Positions 42,400 through 56,311 of a DNA stretch of 64,000 nt are shown here, one piece after another. The stretch's first letter is position 1, and each line of letters opens with the position of its first letter. Position numbers and translations under genes: made by a program. The stretch is from the human T2T-CHM13v2.0 reference genome, Homo sapiens. The stretch lies in the NCBI RefSeq assembly GCF_009914755.1, contig NC_060942.1. One strand, 5' to 3'. The notes under the pieces are model-generated. The model was not told where the DNA came from. It saw only the letters and a program-made list of their open reading frames with translations, and did no database searches.

Positions 42400-43050
42400 C
42401 ATTTGTTCATTCATCAGGCATGTACTGAGTGTTGACTATGTTCTGGTCACTGAACTACGTGCAGACACATGGCTGGGGTGCAAGTTCTGAAGACATGATC
42501 CTGACCACTCCAAAAACTACAGTTCCGTCAGGAAGACTAAGCATCTCAGCAGCTGTGATTGCTGGCATATGCCCCAGCATACAAGAGGACAAGCTGGAGG
42601 GACAATCAGATCAGTCTTCTGTGTTAAGAAAAACTCCCATGAAGAGGTAGACATGAGCTGAGTTTTGAAAGAGAGTAGGAGGTATAGAAGAAGGCTGTGT
42701 TCCAAAGTCCAACGCTTCAAAGAGGTAAAGCAGTAGAAAGGTCAAAGCCAATCACACATGCTACTGATGACGTTTTGAGGTGGAATCTTCAGAGAGTGTT
42801 GTGGAAAGAAGCCAGATCATGGCACATTATATACAGAATGTCGTGTGAGAAAACTTGGCTTGAAAAGGACAGAACAAAATGAAGAGAAAAGTTAGTCTCA
42901 AAATTTGGAGGGGGGTGGGCGTATTTAAATTCATCTTTAAATTTAAAAATCCATCTTTAATTTTAAGATAGGAGAAATGAGCATATTAAAATGCTGAAGA
43001 GTCAGGAGAGAAGAGGAGGTTGGTGATTCCGGAGAAAGACTCCTGGTGAA
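42400..43050 (-). mobile_element. L2 LINE fragment
   Basis: atttgttcattcatc...tactgagtgttgactatgttctgg...atgagctgagttttgaaagagagtagga. Confidence 0.65.
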
Positions 43051-43234
43051 CATGCCCTTAGATGTAAGAGGATGAAGGTAACAGCTATTGAGACTAGCAA
43101 ATATAGACTTGATTAAAAAGTCAGATTGGGTTTAAAAGAAGTTTCCAGAAAATGGTGGTGGTGGTGTGTATGTGATAAAAGACAAATTCCAAAGGTGTGT
43201 GTAACAGCGATCATTCAGTGATGACTTACGGAGA

Positions 43235-43430
43235 CAGGGCTGTAGATGGAAAAGATGACTGGACATGAGTTTGGAAGTCTTGTTTGTTTATTTTCTAACT
43301 GTTACCTTGAACAAGTCATTTAACCTCAACCTCAGTATCCCTGACTCTTAAACAGGGATGACAGTTCACTTAACTTTTTCTATGACATATCTGAAAGCAC
43401 AGAAATTGGTTCATGGAAAATGCTCACTAA
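43235..43430 (+). mobile_element. MIR-family SINE
   Basis: accttgaacaagtcatttaacctc...ctcagtatccc. Confidence 0.65.
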
Positions 43431-43599
43431 ATCTTAGTTTGGTCTTATCTAAATCTAAAATAATATACTGTCTGGTTTTTTGGGTTTTTTTTTAAAGGTT
43501 TATAAGCAAAATGAAGGGAAAGCTACAGCTTCCCATTAGGTGAACCCAACCAGAAGACTGAGAGAACGAGAGAAAGGCAGTCTGATTATGCAACTGTAG

Positions 43600-44810
43600 A
43601 AGGTTAGCCTCTTGAGACACAGAGCAGGATGGAGAGTGATCCGGAGGCCTGGATGGAGAAAAACTAAGTAGGAAACACGATGGTGAGCATTAGAAGAGGA
43701 AATGACTGTAATCTTCAAGAGTGTGGTCAGGGAAGGCTTTCTGATATGACATTTGAGTGAAGAGAGAGATGAAGGACCCAACTATGGAGAACCTGAGTCA
43801 AGTGTTCCTAACAGAAAGGATAACAAATGTGAAGACCCTGAGGTGGGAGCTTGCATGGTGCATTTGCAGAACACTAAGAAAGAGTGTGGCTGGTGTAGAG
43901 TGGGAGAGAAAGCAAATGATATCACAGAGGTACCAGGGAAGCCACATACCATTTTAAGGTCTTTGGCTTTAACTAAATAAGGTGTAAGGTCAATGAAGTG
44001 TTCTGAGAAGAGGAGGAATAACATCTGAATTATGTTTTAAAGATCACTGCTCCATTAAAAAACAGACTAAGGTCAAGGGCTAAAGCAGGCAGTCCAGTTA
44101 GCAGACTATTACCAGAGTGCTACAAAGTCCTAGCAACAGAGGTTAGGAAAAGTGGTTGAATTCTTAAAAGTCAGAACCTTGTGGGAAACGGTTATAATAA
44201 GAGCTCCTAATGAATAACACCATCCTTCACCCATGATTTTGTGGAGTTTCTTAGCACCCTGATACTGGACTATGCCACATGACACGCTTTGACCAATGGA
44301 GTATCTGCAAGCATGATGTAAGCAGAGACTTAAAAAGTGCTTACTCATTTGATCTTGCTCTTTTGTGCGGCTGGGTGATTTTCTACCATGATGTGAAGAA
44401 CCCTGAGCTATCCTCTGGAGGCCTAAACCACATGGAACAGAAGTGAGCCAATTCAGTTGATGGCTCCCTAAACCAACCAGGCCCTCCTGTCCACCCGCCA
44501 TCAGACTGTATCCTCATGAGTGACCACCATTGACATCAACAAGAGAACCAACTGGCTGAGCTCAGTCCAAGCAGGTAAACTACATACAGATTTGTGTGCC
44601 AATAAAATGGTTATTGTTTTAAATCACTAAGTTTGGGGAATGTTTGCTATGCAGCGATAGATAATAAATATAAGCTAACAACATTTAGGAAGACTTTAAA
44701 TGTACAATATAAGAGAAAATGGAGATATGAATAATTCCCTAGAGGTTAAGTCTGAGAAATGAAAAAACTAAAGGTGTCTTCAAATGAGATGGGAAGGCTG
44801 AGGAAGAAAG
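43600..44810 (-). mobile_element. L2 LINE split by an MLT1 LTR
   Basis: gtggtcagggaaggctttctga...gaagaccctgaggtgggag...tatgttttaaagatcactgct; resumes after about 44670. Confidence 0.7.
44180..44670 (+). mobile_element. MLT1 (F/G-like) solo LTR
   Basis: Starts tgtggg; gctttgaccaatgg; ends aataaaatggttattgttttaaatcactaagtttggggaatgtttgctatgcagcgatagata. Confidence 0.8.
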
Positions 44811-46250
44811 TAAATCAAATGTAAAACCCAGAGGATTTATAAACATCCTCAGTGCAAGCAAAGCTACATATACTTCTGTTTAGGTATAAGCAGTAAAGCA
44901 ATGGTGACTCCTCAGACACACACAGCAGCTCCAATCAGGGAAGTGTGAGAGTCCAGGCCCTTGCTGGTTAGAGCTTTCTCCATCTCTCTTCTGTTTGACC
45001 TTGCATTTCAATTTTTGCCATGACCAAGAAATTGAAAGTAACAAAAATTACAATAAATAATCATTTATGTAAGTTTTCATATATCCATTATTCTCCAAAT
45101 AATACTTTTTGCACAGTAACTTTTCTGCCCATCATTTATCCTAAATGATTACATGAATTAATGGCCTACCGTTAAGTACTTATTGAAACACCTTGAATGC
45201 CTGCTTCAAGATTTAGATCTTGAAACTAGCTGTGGTCTTTATATGCAAAATCTCTAATGACTTCTAGAATGCATGGAGTTTATCTTCCTTACATTCCCAG
45301 CAATATGATGATTTGCTGTCTGTTATATAAAATGTTTAAATATTTATAGCTAATATGAATTCATCAGGTACAGTTAAGTAGAGCAAATTTAGTTCTATGA
45401 AACTACACAATTTCACAGAAACAAAATTTCAAAGACTCTATCAAGAAGCTATAAAAACTGCATATTAGAAAATAGAAACAAAAATGAAAAAACGTGTGCA
45501 AAGATACAGAAATAACCAAAATCACCAAATATGTAGGAGAGACTTAAGTAAATGATGGTAAGTCTAACAGTTTAACACTGGTCATTAAAAAATTCAGAAT
45601 GTAAACTATTGGAAAACATATTCTGTATATGAAAAAATGACACAGAAAAAGAACACAAAAGTATGTAAGCACTGAATAAGAATGTTTTAATTGCTTTTGA
45701 TCATCCAACAAAAATTTTTTTAACCGTGAGATAACACATGTGAAGCAAGGATGAATAACCCAGAAATATGAAAATTGTGTGAATATATACGAAGGGACAC
45801 AGACAAAAATCAGTTTATCAGTAACATAACAGTGTTTTTAAAAAGTCATTGGAGGATTTTTTGCTGTAAATCTGTTTAAGTGTATAAAATCTGAAAGAGA
45901 ATAAAGAAGTGTGACGGGGTCCTTGTATTTTTTTGTGTGTTTTCTCACAATTATCCAACACTTTAACAAGCAGAGGTGTCACGATAGCATCTTGAAAAGT
46001 AAGATTTAGTTCCCTATATTCTTACATATTTACACATATCCAAGCATGCCACACAAAAAAGAACATTCAACCCAAACTCACCAGACTATTATCTGAATGT
46101 CACTAGTCAATGCTCTTCAATAGTCTTCAGCACAAAGAGGGAAAAATAGGTGGAAACAGGACATTATGAAAGTAAATTACATAAGCAACATTAGCAACAA
46201 CATAAGACTCCCAACAGGATCATGAATCTTAAAAAGTTAAGACATGTTCT

Positions 46251-46556
46251 GGCCAGGCGTGCTGGCTCATGCCTTAATCCCAAAACTTTGGGAGGCCCAA
46301 GGCATGCAGATCACTTGAGCCTGGGAGTTCGAGACCAGCCTGGGCAACATTGTGAAACCATGTCTCTACAAAAAAATACAAAAATTAGCCATGCATGGTG
46401 GCCCACACCTGTATTCCCAGCTACTCAGGAGGCTGAGGTAGGAGGATTGCTTAAGCCAGGCAGGTCAAGGCTGCAGTGTGCCCTGATGGTACCACTGCAC
46501 TTCAGCATGGGCAACAGAGTGAGACCCCGTCTCAAAAAAAGAAAAAAAAAAAAAAA
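46251..46556 (+). mobile_element. Alu (AluJ-like)
   Basis: Diverged two-arm Alu (ggaggattgcttaagcc, aggtcaaggctgcagtg) with A tail. Confidence 0.93.
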
Positions 46557-49500
46557 GATGTGTTCTAATGTTGAGAAACCATTGTACCAACTGTCCCCAT
46601 TTCCTCAGCTGTCAAACAGATGGGATCTGAATCTCTCTCAGAGATACTTTGGCAAATTTGAGAAATATAATAAAAATAATTATTTCAGAGCCTAAAATAA
46701 AGCCTATGTAAATTCATAATATGGAGCATTGACCAGCCATAAGACAGAACTGTGCTACTGTGCACACAACTCACTTACATGCTGAATTGAGATACTCTAG
46801 GACCTTCACATTCTTCCTGCATTTCCCTGCTTAGCATATGTGTAACTTCATCTATGGTTCATTAGCAGTAGTCTTCATTGATGTCATGAATAAAGAACCC
46901 AAGAAAATCCAGGTAAGTGTCATTTCCCAACTGCAAAAGCAAGTTGTTGAAAGTACTCCATAAAAAATATAAAGTACGAACTGTGGTTGCTAAATGATTC
47001 TAAAAAGAAGAAAATGAAGCACTTCACTTCTTTCTTCACACTTTAGCAGGGAATTGAAAATTCAGTTTAGTGCTATAAGAATCTTCTCATCCCTCCACCT
47101 TCCCATCCCCTGAAGACCTCCCCACACCCAGTACACAAATACACTCATCAACAATTGAAAGCAATGCCATAAATGAATAATTCAAATTGATTAAGCTACC
47201 TAAAATGAATTTTTATTTCCATTGAGGAATAATAATTTTCCTAGAAATTCTCTGTTCAATATAAGGCCAATGATAGCATAAGAATGTCTCTAGGAATCAA
47301 TTTATTCTTTCAAATTTTGACCTTTAGAAGACCAAATCAAAGCAGTATCTTATCATCTCGGCATTGATAAAGTACTGTAAAATAAAGCTTGTCTATAAAC
47401 GCATTGAGTCACTTAAATAAAAAGCAATATGTTTCACTTCTTCAGCTATATAAATATAGATATGTATATATAAAAACAAGTATCATCCCACATCCACATA
47501 TATATGGCATGTGCACATGGGAAGGATCGATGATGTTTATAGATGTCTATATGTATTTATATAGAGATATACATAGGCTCCCAAGCAAAATGTTCGTTGT
47601 TTTTAAATTCTCTGATTTTTGTTGGTAACAGTTATTTCTTGTTAACCACATAGTAAATATGAGACTATCACATTATGTAAACCATGCAAAGCTGATTGAG
47701 TTACATTTTTCCCTGAAAAACATATTCTGTGAATTTATAAATGAAGATGCAACTTTTGAACCGGAACACACGGCTTTATTTATGAGCAAAGAACTGGTTA
47801 AAGAAAATGTGATCATACAGAAAGGGCAATGGGCAGGTTAAGGAGAAAATACCAAGGGAAAGCCTGCCATTCATTAGGCAGGAATCATAACAGAATTGTC
47901 TGACATTGCTCCACAGTTTTATTCCTATTACCAGTTAACCATAAAATTTATGTAGAAAGATTTCACTGTGAAATCAGTGTTCCTTAAGCCACTATAGGCT
48001 TGTGACATTTTTTTCTTTCAGCCTATTCGTCGCAATTCAGAGTCTAATTATCCAGTTTGTGAAATACCTAGGCCTTGGTATCTTTTCCTTTTCTCAAATT
48101 TCTTATATGGCTTCTGCACTATGTCTTTGTGATAAGGCTGAGGGGGGTCAGAAAAATGGTGACATTCCTATCAACCAGCATTGCTACTTACTAGGAATTC
48201 TGGAAGCGAGTTTATTTGGAAAGACTGAAACAGCTGTCTAACAATTTTCCCCCAGAAACAAAAATAAATGGAATTATCGTTTCCTAACAATAGATTATAC
48301 ATCATGCAAAAATTATGACAAATCGGATTCAAGTAGGAGTATTTTTAGCATGAAAATAACTTTCTTCAAACAGTTATAGTAATAAAAAATAATGAACTTA
48401 ACTCATTACCTTAAAAGCATGTTATGTAAATGTTATCTTCTAGCTTCTAATAAAGAATAACACTTTGATTTACATTTCATGCACTGCAATGACCTTCAAT
48501 AGAGATGTCAATAAGCCTCTTTACTGCTTTACAACACCAAAAGCAAACTGTACACATTAAGTCAAATCTCATAATGCAAAACCTTCTTTCTCCCATGTGT
48601 TTGCTACCTACATTATACGTTATCCTCCCAAGAAAATCACACCAGAACTGTCGGCTTACTCTCACCTGAACTTTATTTCTCCAGCTTCCCCACAGTGAGT
48701 TGACTGATAAAGGCCATGTGCCTTCTGCAAGGCCATCCACCATTGCTCTAAAAAGTGCAGGTTACTTTAATAACCCTTTTACCTTTGATAGAGTATGACA
48801 TACACAGCACTTATCAGATGCAATTAGGTTTATAATAAATATCTAGACAGAAAATTTGCTTAAGACACGAGTCCTCAGGATTTGTCATCCTCTTTCTAAA
48901 GTCTCATTTTTAAAGGGAGTTTTTAGAAAGCTAACTAACTACTGGAAGACCGCTGCCTTCCTGAACCAGTATGGTTGGATGTGTGGCTTAAACAACATAC
49001 ATTTACAGTCCTCTGGCTTTAGACTTGAGAAGAAGCACCCATGAACAGTCGGATGGAAACAGCTACCATCCCCACGGCTGGGGAAACAGGGAAGCGGTTG
49101 GGTTTCCAGAGCCTGTAAGCTCAGAGAGACGTGATGAGGAAGAGACACCAGCAGACTGGGGCTGTTATCTCCAAGGAGGTTAATTTTAGGAATGTAGACA
49201 AAACTAAAAACTGGAAAAGACTGATGTTACCAGAGTGATGATAACAAGAACAGGAAAGGCCAAGTTCTTCCTCCTCTAGCCTTCTACTCTCCCTCCAGCG
49301 CCTCCTATTGGTAGAGGCTGACATGGAGACCAGCATACCTCTTTACAAAATATATGTAGTTAGCCTCAACATCACAGAATATATTAAGAAAGGCAGATTT
49401 GCAGCGTCCTAAAGTTTAACATGTTAAAAACTGTGTAGTGAGAAAAAAATCTGCACAATAAAATATAGGGAAATATGTACTCATAATTCAGAGGGAAATT

Positions 49501-49599
49501 ATACTTTGAAAAACATTTTCACCCTATAAAAAATACAAGTGGAGTCTAGAAAACATCACATTTGACAGTTATATAAAATAGAATATTTCTATAAAATAG

Positions 49600-50560
49600 G
49601 TGTCAACACAAAAGATTTGTGAAGAGATGTAAAAGCAGATGGATGTAATAGGAAATATTGTAAGAAAACTAAAAATGCATTAACAAAATTAAAATTTGCA
49701 TAAAATTGTAGAAAAATTGTCACTGATGTAGACGACAAACTTGAAAAGTTCTCTTACAATAATACATGGAAAAAAAGAGATAATAATAAAAGAGGGAGTA
49801 CTGAAGATCAAAGATGAAAATATCTACCATAAACACACAGTCATCATGAATCGCTTATGCATGAGAAACATGTATTATTTTGTGGGAGTGTTTAACACAT
49901 CTTTCTAGGTTCAAAAGAGATCTAGTTAAGAAAAAACTTTAAAAACTGAAAAGCAAATTAAAATGTACACTACAGAAAATAAGCCACATTTCCAACTATT
50001 ACAAATATAAAAATAAATCTCATCTGAAATACTGAGAAATTCCTAAAATATCATTTATTGGGACACAAAGAGTATAAGAAATTTTAAGACACAGAAAATA
50101 CACTGTTTCTTTACTGGCCACACTTTAATAAAACTAGAAAACAGTTATGAAAATTTTAAAAGCTAAACTTGATAACCTCTTTGAAATTTAAATGAGAGTT
50201 CAAGTTAGCTATTGTATTAAAAGGAAAAAACTGCCAAAATAACTTCAGAAACTAGTAACACAGAGAATATTACATTATCAACAAAACTTATGGAATGCAG
50301 CCAAATTTTTACACAATACAAATTCATGATCTGGAACATAAGAGTGAAATAATTTAACTCAACAGTCAATTTAAGGAAAATGACTTCTATAAAACTGACC
50401 CAAGAAAACAAAGGAATAACAAATGTTTAATGAATTAATAAATTAGAAAACAGAAAAACCATAGTAGTTAAATAAATTCAGGAAACACTACAGCACACAT
50501 AACCCTGGCAGGTCTTATCAGTTTTTTAAAAATGCAAATACAAAAAAAGAAAAAGAAAAA
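49600..50560 (+). mobile_element. Highly diverged L1 body fragments
   Basis: Very A-rich; acaaaacttatggaatgcagccaa and aataaaactagaaa resemble L1 ORF2 remnants. Confidence 0.5.
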
Positions 50561-50653
50561 TATATAACAATAAGTATGAATTTATTTAAATAATCTAAAA
50601 TTGCATACATATTTTAAATTGTATGTATATGTGTACAGATATAAAGACTACCA

Positions 50654-50925
50654 CCAGGCAATACAATCAACTGTTACAGTACTTAACTAATAAGAGGGAA
50701 TTTTTGACTTTCCCTTTTTATTTTTTCACTATTTGCTAAATGTTCTGCAATACATAGTATCTCTTTTACAATTTTTTTAAAAAAATAGCCCAGGCAATAC
50801 AATCGACTGTTACAGTACTGAACTAATAAGAGGGAATTTTTGACTTTCCCTTTTTATTTTTTCACTATTTGCTAAATGTTCTGCAATACATAGTATCTCC
50901 TTTACAATTTTTTTAAAAAAATAGC
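50654..50925. repeat. 136-bp tandem duplication (3 mismatches)
   Basis: Copies at 50654-50789 and 50790-50925, read directly. Confidence 0.95.
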
Positions 50926-52599
50926 TTGAAGGGAAAGGATTTTTCTGTGATGTTCATGCCAGACAAATAAGAAAATTTTAGTTCACACAGATTTAAAATG
51001 AAAAATACCACCAATATTCCAATTGTTCTAGTACCAAAACTAAAAGTCAATTATTTTCATGAAACTATCTGCAAACTTACACTTAAATATTCACTGAAAA
51101 TTTAGAAGGTATTGCCGAAATCAATCTTTCCAACATGCAGATTTAATAATTTTTAATATTTACATAGAAAAGGTCAGGCATGTTATTTTGCTGCCTCTAC
51201 AGTGTGAATAGACCTAAATGAGGTTTCCTGATATCGGATTGAGTATACAGAAGAAAAATGATTAGTTCTCTTTATAAAATATGTAGAACAGGCAGCTCTT
51301 CTACTAGATCACGTCCTGTTGGTCAAGAATGTTTTTCTGCAAGACTCAGATATATTGTTACTATATGGTATTCATTAATAACCACCTTATTAATCAAATC
51401 TTACATTTGTGCTGAGTGTATATTCTTCAAGATGCTTTCATACACATTATCTAATTCAATTTAAAAAAAAAACTATGAGTTAACTAGGTCAGAAGTAGAA
51501 TAAAAACATTCTTCAAACATTAGACTTATAATGGTGTTTCATGAAAAACCAAAGGTATCTTGCTAATCATTTTCAGATATTCTTCAAGTGTTCTTTTCTT
51601 TAAATGAGCCTTTCATGGTCAAGAAGACCATGATTATTGATTAAGTAATCAATATTGATTAAGTTATTGATTAAGTAAATCTGATAAATCTGTATAAAAA
51701 TACAAAGGCAGTCCCCTTCATCATTACAAAATAAAAATCTATTGATGAAGGACTATCCCAAGAAGTATGCTAACCACCCCTTAGGCTAGTTCTGCCTCTC
51801 AGCTGGATTTTATACATCCCAAGCACTACTGTGGTGGTCATTTGGCAACTGAAGGCCAGAGAATAATTTCCCATCTGGTGTGCTGCTCTGAGTATCCCAT
51901 TCAAGGCCTAGTCTCTAGAAGTTTAAGAATAAAAAGTAACCAAAGAACTGGGAACAATGGTCAATTATCTAATTAGCATTTCAAAAGACAGTGATAAAAA
52001 GGAATAATACTCTGAGGCCCACAACTCAAATGAACAGCTGTGTGTGACAAGATCAGTTCATTAAGGCTTCAGAAGTTTTCCAAGCCCATCCTAGGTCTTC
52101 CTCCATCTCTGGCTTCCTACTTCTAAGCATGTGTATGCCTTTCTTCTAGCTACCCACCATATCCCCTTTCCCCCTCTCTCTCCTATCTTACTCTAATCAG
52201 CCCCCTTTAATTTCCTATAAAGCTAGCTTTCTTAACTACTATATCAGATTTAGGTACAGTTTTAAATGTCTCCTGTGTTTTTTTCACATGCCATGTTCCA
52301 ATCAATTCTAAATCAAGTGAGTTTACATTTTGAATCAAAAAAAAAAAAATCTCAATTACATGACATCGCTTCTTCATTCCACGTAACCTTTGATTGATTT
52401 TTTTTTCCTGAAGGTTAATGACTCTCTATAAAGAAAAATACTCTTCTACCCATAATGAAGAAATACCACACTCTAAATCAAAGACCAGGTAGAGAGACTC
52501 CCATTTCCTCAATTTTATTTTGTTGCTTAGTAGTAGAGAAAAGTAAATTCGAGGGCCATATTTGTGGTAGAAATCTGAAATGTACTATCATCTTCTCCA

Positions 52600-52745
52600 G
52601 TATAATCCTGCAAAATACAATTAACCCCATTTTATAGATTTGAAAATGAGACACAGTAAAGTTAAATAATTCATTAAAAACTGAGTTTCAAACCCAGCTG
52701 TCTTAGGCACAAGAGGCAAAAGAGGTCCCTCAACTGTGCTACCTT
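52600..52745 (-). mobile_element. MIR SINE
   Basis: ttaaccccattttatagatttgaaaatgagacacag...tttcaaacccag. Confidence 0.6.
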
Positions 52746-53351
52746 CCTATTAAAATACATGATTAAAAAGGCTATCACTAGTTAGATTAACAGTGAACCC
52801 AATTTCCACACCTCTGGCCCAAAACTTGCACATGTAGCAAATGACGCCGATTTACACAGAAATGGAATAACTCAGTTCATTTCCGCCTTGCCCTCAGCTG
52901 GAACCTAGGTGCTGGATATCCATGTGGGCTTCTCTCTACAATAAGGCTTACCCCAGTTTCATGGAAGAAGAAAGAGAAATGAGGCAAAAGAAAACAAGGT
53001 GGTAGTCATTATTACTGATAATAATTCTCTGGAAACACACTTTCTTGAAGATACAATAAAATTACCATCAACACCCTTGAGCTGCCAGTCTCTATTCTTA
53101 GTGTGTGTGCTTTACAGATACCAGCATTGACATCAGGCATCAGGTAGCCACTTATAACATTTCAGACATCCTTATCAACTTACAATATTTGTGTGTGTCA
53201 TCAGTAGCTATGTGCCATCTTTGAAGTTCCACTGGACTCAACAATGTATTTACAGAACCACAAAGGGGAGAGAAATGTGCCCCACTTCAGGAAGCAAAAA
53301 CAAAAAATGTACTCTACTGCTCACATCACACTTGCCTATCTAAAAAGGGTT

Positions 53352-53562
53352 TAGAACTTCACCCTTCACACATTCAGAAACATCACCATAATCCAAACCA
53401 TTAATATCCAGTGCATAACCCAGAGGTCTCTATAATATACTATGGATATGTATAGCCTTATCTGGAAATACTCTTTAATTGAACCTTTGTTCATTCATAA
53501 CCAATAACAGTTCTTACATTATTGGTGATTTCTAACATCTTCTCGAGTCTAAGATATTCTAA
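53352..53562 (+). repeat. 211-bp dispersed direct repeat, copy 1
   Basis: Matches 55431-55641 with 8 substitutions and no gaps. Confidence 0.95.
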
Positions 53563-55430
53563 GAGTACATAGATAACAAGAGATCTAGCAGAGGTTACTC
53601 CAGTAAAGGTTACTCTGGCTTCTCATGCTTGGCACTTATTTTACCTCTGACACCACATGGGGCAAGATTAGTTTTGGGAAATTCTTTGTCTATGGAAGGC
53701 TCAAGGATTGATCCCAGGAAATGTTCTGTTCCACAGACAGCAGAAGGATTTTTAATCCAGAATCCTTGCAGCAATCCTGAGAAAAGGCACTGTGAACCCT
53801 TGGGCCCCTTTCATTACTCTGAGATGCTTTAAGGCTTTCAGATTATTTACCAACACCAGGCAAAGTCTATGGCCAGATCTAACCCTCAACTGGATCCTAA
53901 TTGATTTTTCCAGGCAGTGTGCCTTAACCTTTGCTGGGTCACAAAATCCTCTTGCTACCCAGATAAGCTCCACAGATGCTTTCTCCCAAACATAAAGGGG
54001 TATATATACATTTACAGACACCTCTCTCCATGAATTCTAAGTCAAAACTCCTGGTCCAGGCTCAATCCACCAAGATGTTAGAACCAACCTATCCCAGGGA
54101 GTCTGGACAGATATTTTTCACTCTAGAAGCGTAAGCAAGGCAAAATTGTGCACCACTTAGACAAGTGTTCCTGTAAACAATAAAGAAAGGAGGAGATAGG
54201 TGAAAATAGTAACCTCACGCATCTGTGCTTCCCTCTGCCAAGAAGTCTGCAAAGCCCACCACAAAGGTCCCCTCACTCTAGCCCGCATCCTTAAGGCAAC
54301 ACTGACCCCATAACAAACATCGCCTTCACATACATGTCTACAAAACTGCAACGGCAGACTTACCACCATCGTGGTGGGTCAAAGAGAGGTTCATCTAAAT
54401 CAGGTGAGCAGAGGGAGGGACTGTAACAGCTATCTGGAAGAGTCTTTGTCCTGTGATAAAATCCACCCATTACTGTTTCCTCTCCAGAAAGAAAAATAGT
54501 AAGGAATTGTTTATATGCATACAAGCACGTTTCTCAATGAATAGGAAATACGGAGGAAGCAGACCAAAAATTCACATCCCTGGTTCTTCTAAGGCCTTGT
54601 AACTACCATAGATCATTGGAATTCATCATTTTCTTGGTGCAGATTCAACAAGGTGACATGTCAAACACACAGAGACAAAATGCACGAGGTATTTTTTCTC
54701 TAAATATTCAAGGTACCAGCAATTAAAAAGCATAACACCACGTGCATGATAAGCTCTCAATAAATACAGGCTGAATGAATGAGATATCAAAGTTATTGAA
54801 AAAGAGAGTTCTTTTTAGGAAACCGATGTATATCCAACTTGAAAATCCAAGAATTTTTTTTAGATTGGCCTCCCCCAAGATTTTCAATTGCCAAGATAAA
54901 ATTAAAACTGGTAAACAACAAGAGGAAGTTATGAAAAGTGGTCAAAAACGTATTTTCTGTTATAAAAAAATGTTTTAAGTATAGACACACCCTAGGAGCA
55001 AACCAATTGCACTGAGCCTGAACTAATTAAGCTCCTACAGTCCACAGCCAATTTGGGAGAAAAAGAAGCCAGAGCTAAGATATTTGTACCTACTTGAAGG
55101 TAACCTTGAAACTCTTTTGTTGAATCTTTAGAAAAAATTTGTTACACACAAAAAAAACCAAAAGTGTATGACCGTATGATTCTAATTAGCAGAGAGTGAG
55201 AGGGTTAAAGTTGAAAAATCTGTCATAGAAGACTGCTATTTCTCCTACCACTGCAACTTCAAGAGCACAGAACTGGTTTCTCCATGATCTGGAAGCTGCA
55301 CGATATTCTCTGGACACTTAAAGAACAAATAATTTAGAGGATGGCTATGTTTAAGATCTTAGGTATCTAATGTTTGGTAAGTAATTTGGTGGGGGTAAGA
55401 AAATCAATTTCATTTAATAAAAATGAAGTC

Positions 55431-55641
55431 TAGAACTTCACCCTTCACACATTCAGAAACATCACCATAATCCAAACCATTAATATCCAGTGCATAACCC
55501 AGAAGTCTCTATAATATACTGTGGATATGTACAGCCTTACCTGGAAATACTCTTTAACTGAACCTTTGTTCATTCATAACCAATAACAGTTGTTACATTA
55601 TTAGTGATTTCTAAAATCTTCTCGAGTCTAAGATATTCTAA
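55431..55641 (+). repeat. 211-bp dispersed direct repeat, copy 2
   Basis: Matches 53352-53562 at an offset of 2079 bp. Confidence 0.95.
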
Positions 55642-55996
55642 CAGTATATTTTTGACAAGATGTAAAAGCAAAAATATGCTAAAGCCACAGACTTGGATCT
55701 GTGTACAGCTAATGTTCAGAATCCACAGAAATTGGACAACACCAAAAATACTACATACAAGTGACTATAGCACTAGTGTCATTAAAGGAAAGCTGACCCT
55801 AAGCTACGTTTCTCCAAGGAATTTATGTCTCTTCATTATTGACTATTTGAAATTCCAAAAAGAATCTGAATGAGTAATATGGGTTGTTGTAATTTTCAGT
55901 GTCTTTCCCATTTTTTACATTTCTTTTTATTCTGATGTCCTTGTTTCAGTAAAATCTCATTCTTGACTATCAACAACAACAACAACAAAAGACCTT

Positions 55997-56311
55997 GGCT
56001 GGACACAGTGGCTCATGCCTATAATCCCAGTACTTCGGGAGGCCAAGGTGCGTGGGTCACCTGAGGTCAGTACTTCAAGACCAGCCTGGCCAATATGGTG
56101 AAACCCCATCTCCACTAAATATACAAAAATTAGCCGGGCATGGTGGCAGGTGCCTGTAATCTCAGCTACTCAGGAGGTCGAAGCAGGAGAATTACTAGAA
56201 CCCAGGAGGTGGAGGTTGCAGTGAGCCAAGATCGTGCCATTGCACTTCAGCCCGGGTGGTAACAGCCAGACTCGTCTCAAAAAACAAAAACAAAACAAAA
56301 CAAAGCAAAAA
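55997..56311 (+). mobile_element. Alu (AluS-like)
   Basis: Two-arm Alu with an (A4-5C)n tail. Confidence 0.94.

Noticed and set aside
46835-46918. Perfect plus-strand donor CAG|GTAAGT at 46913
   Set aside because: An isolated 9-mer without a convincing partner or other support; such matches are plausible by chance in 64 kb.
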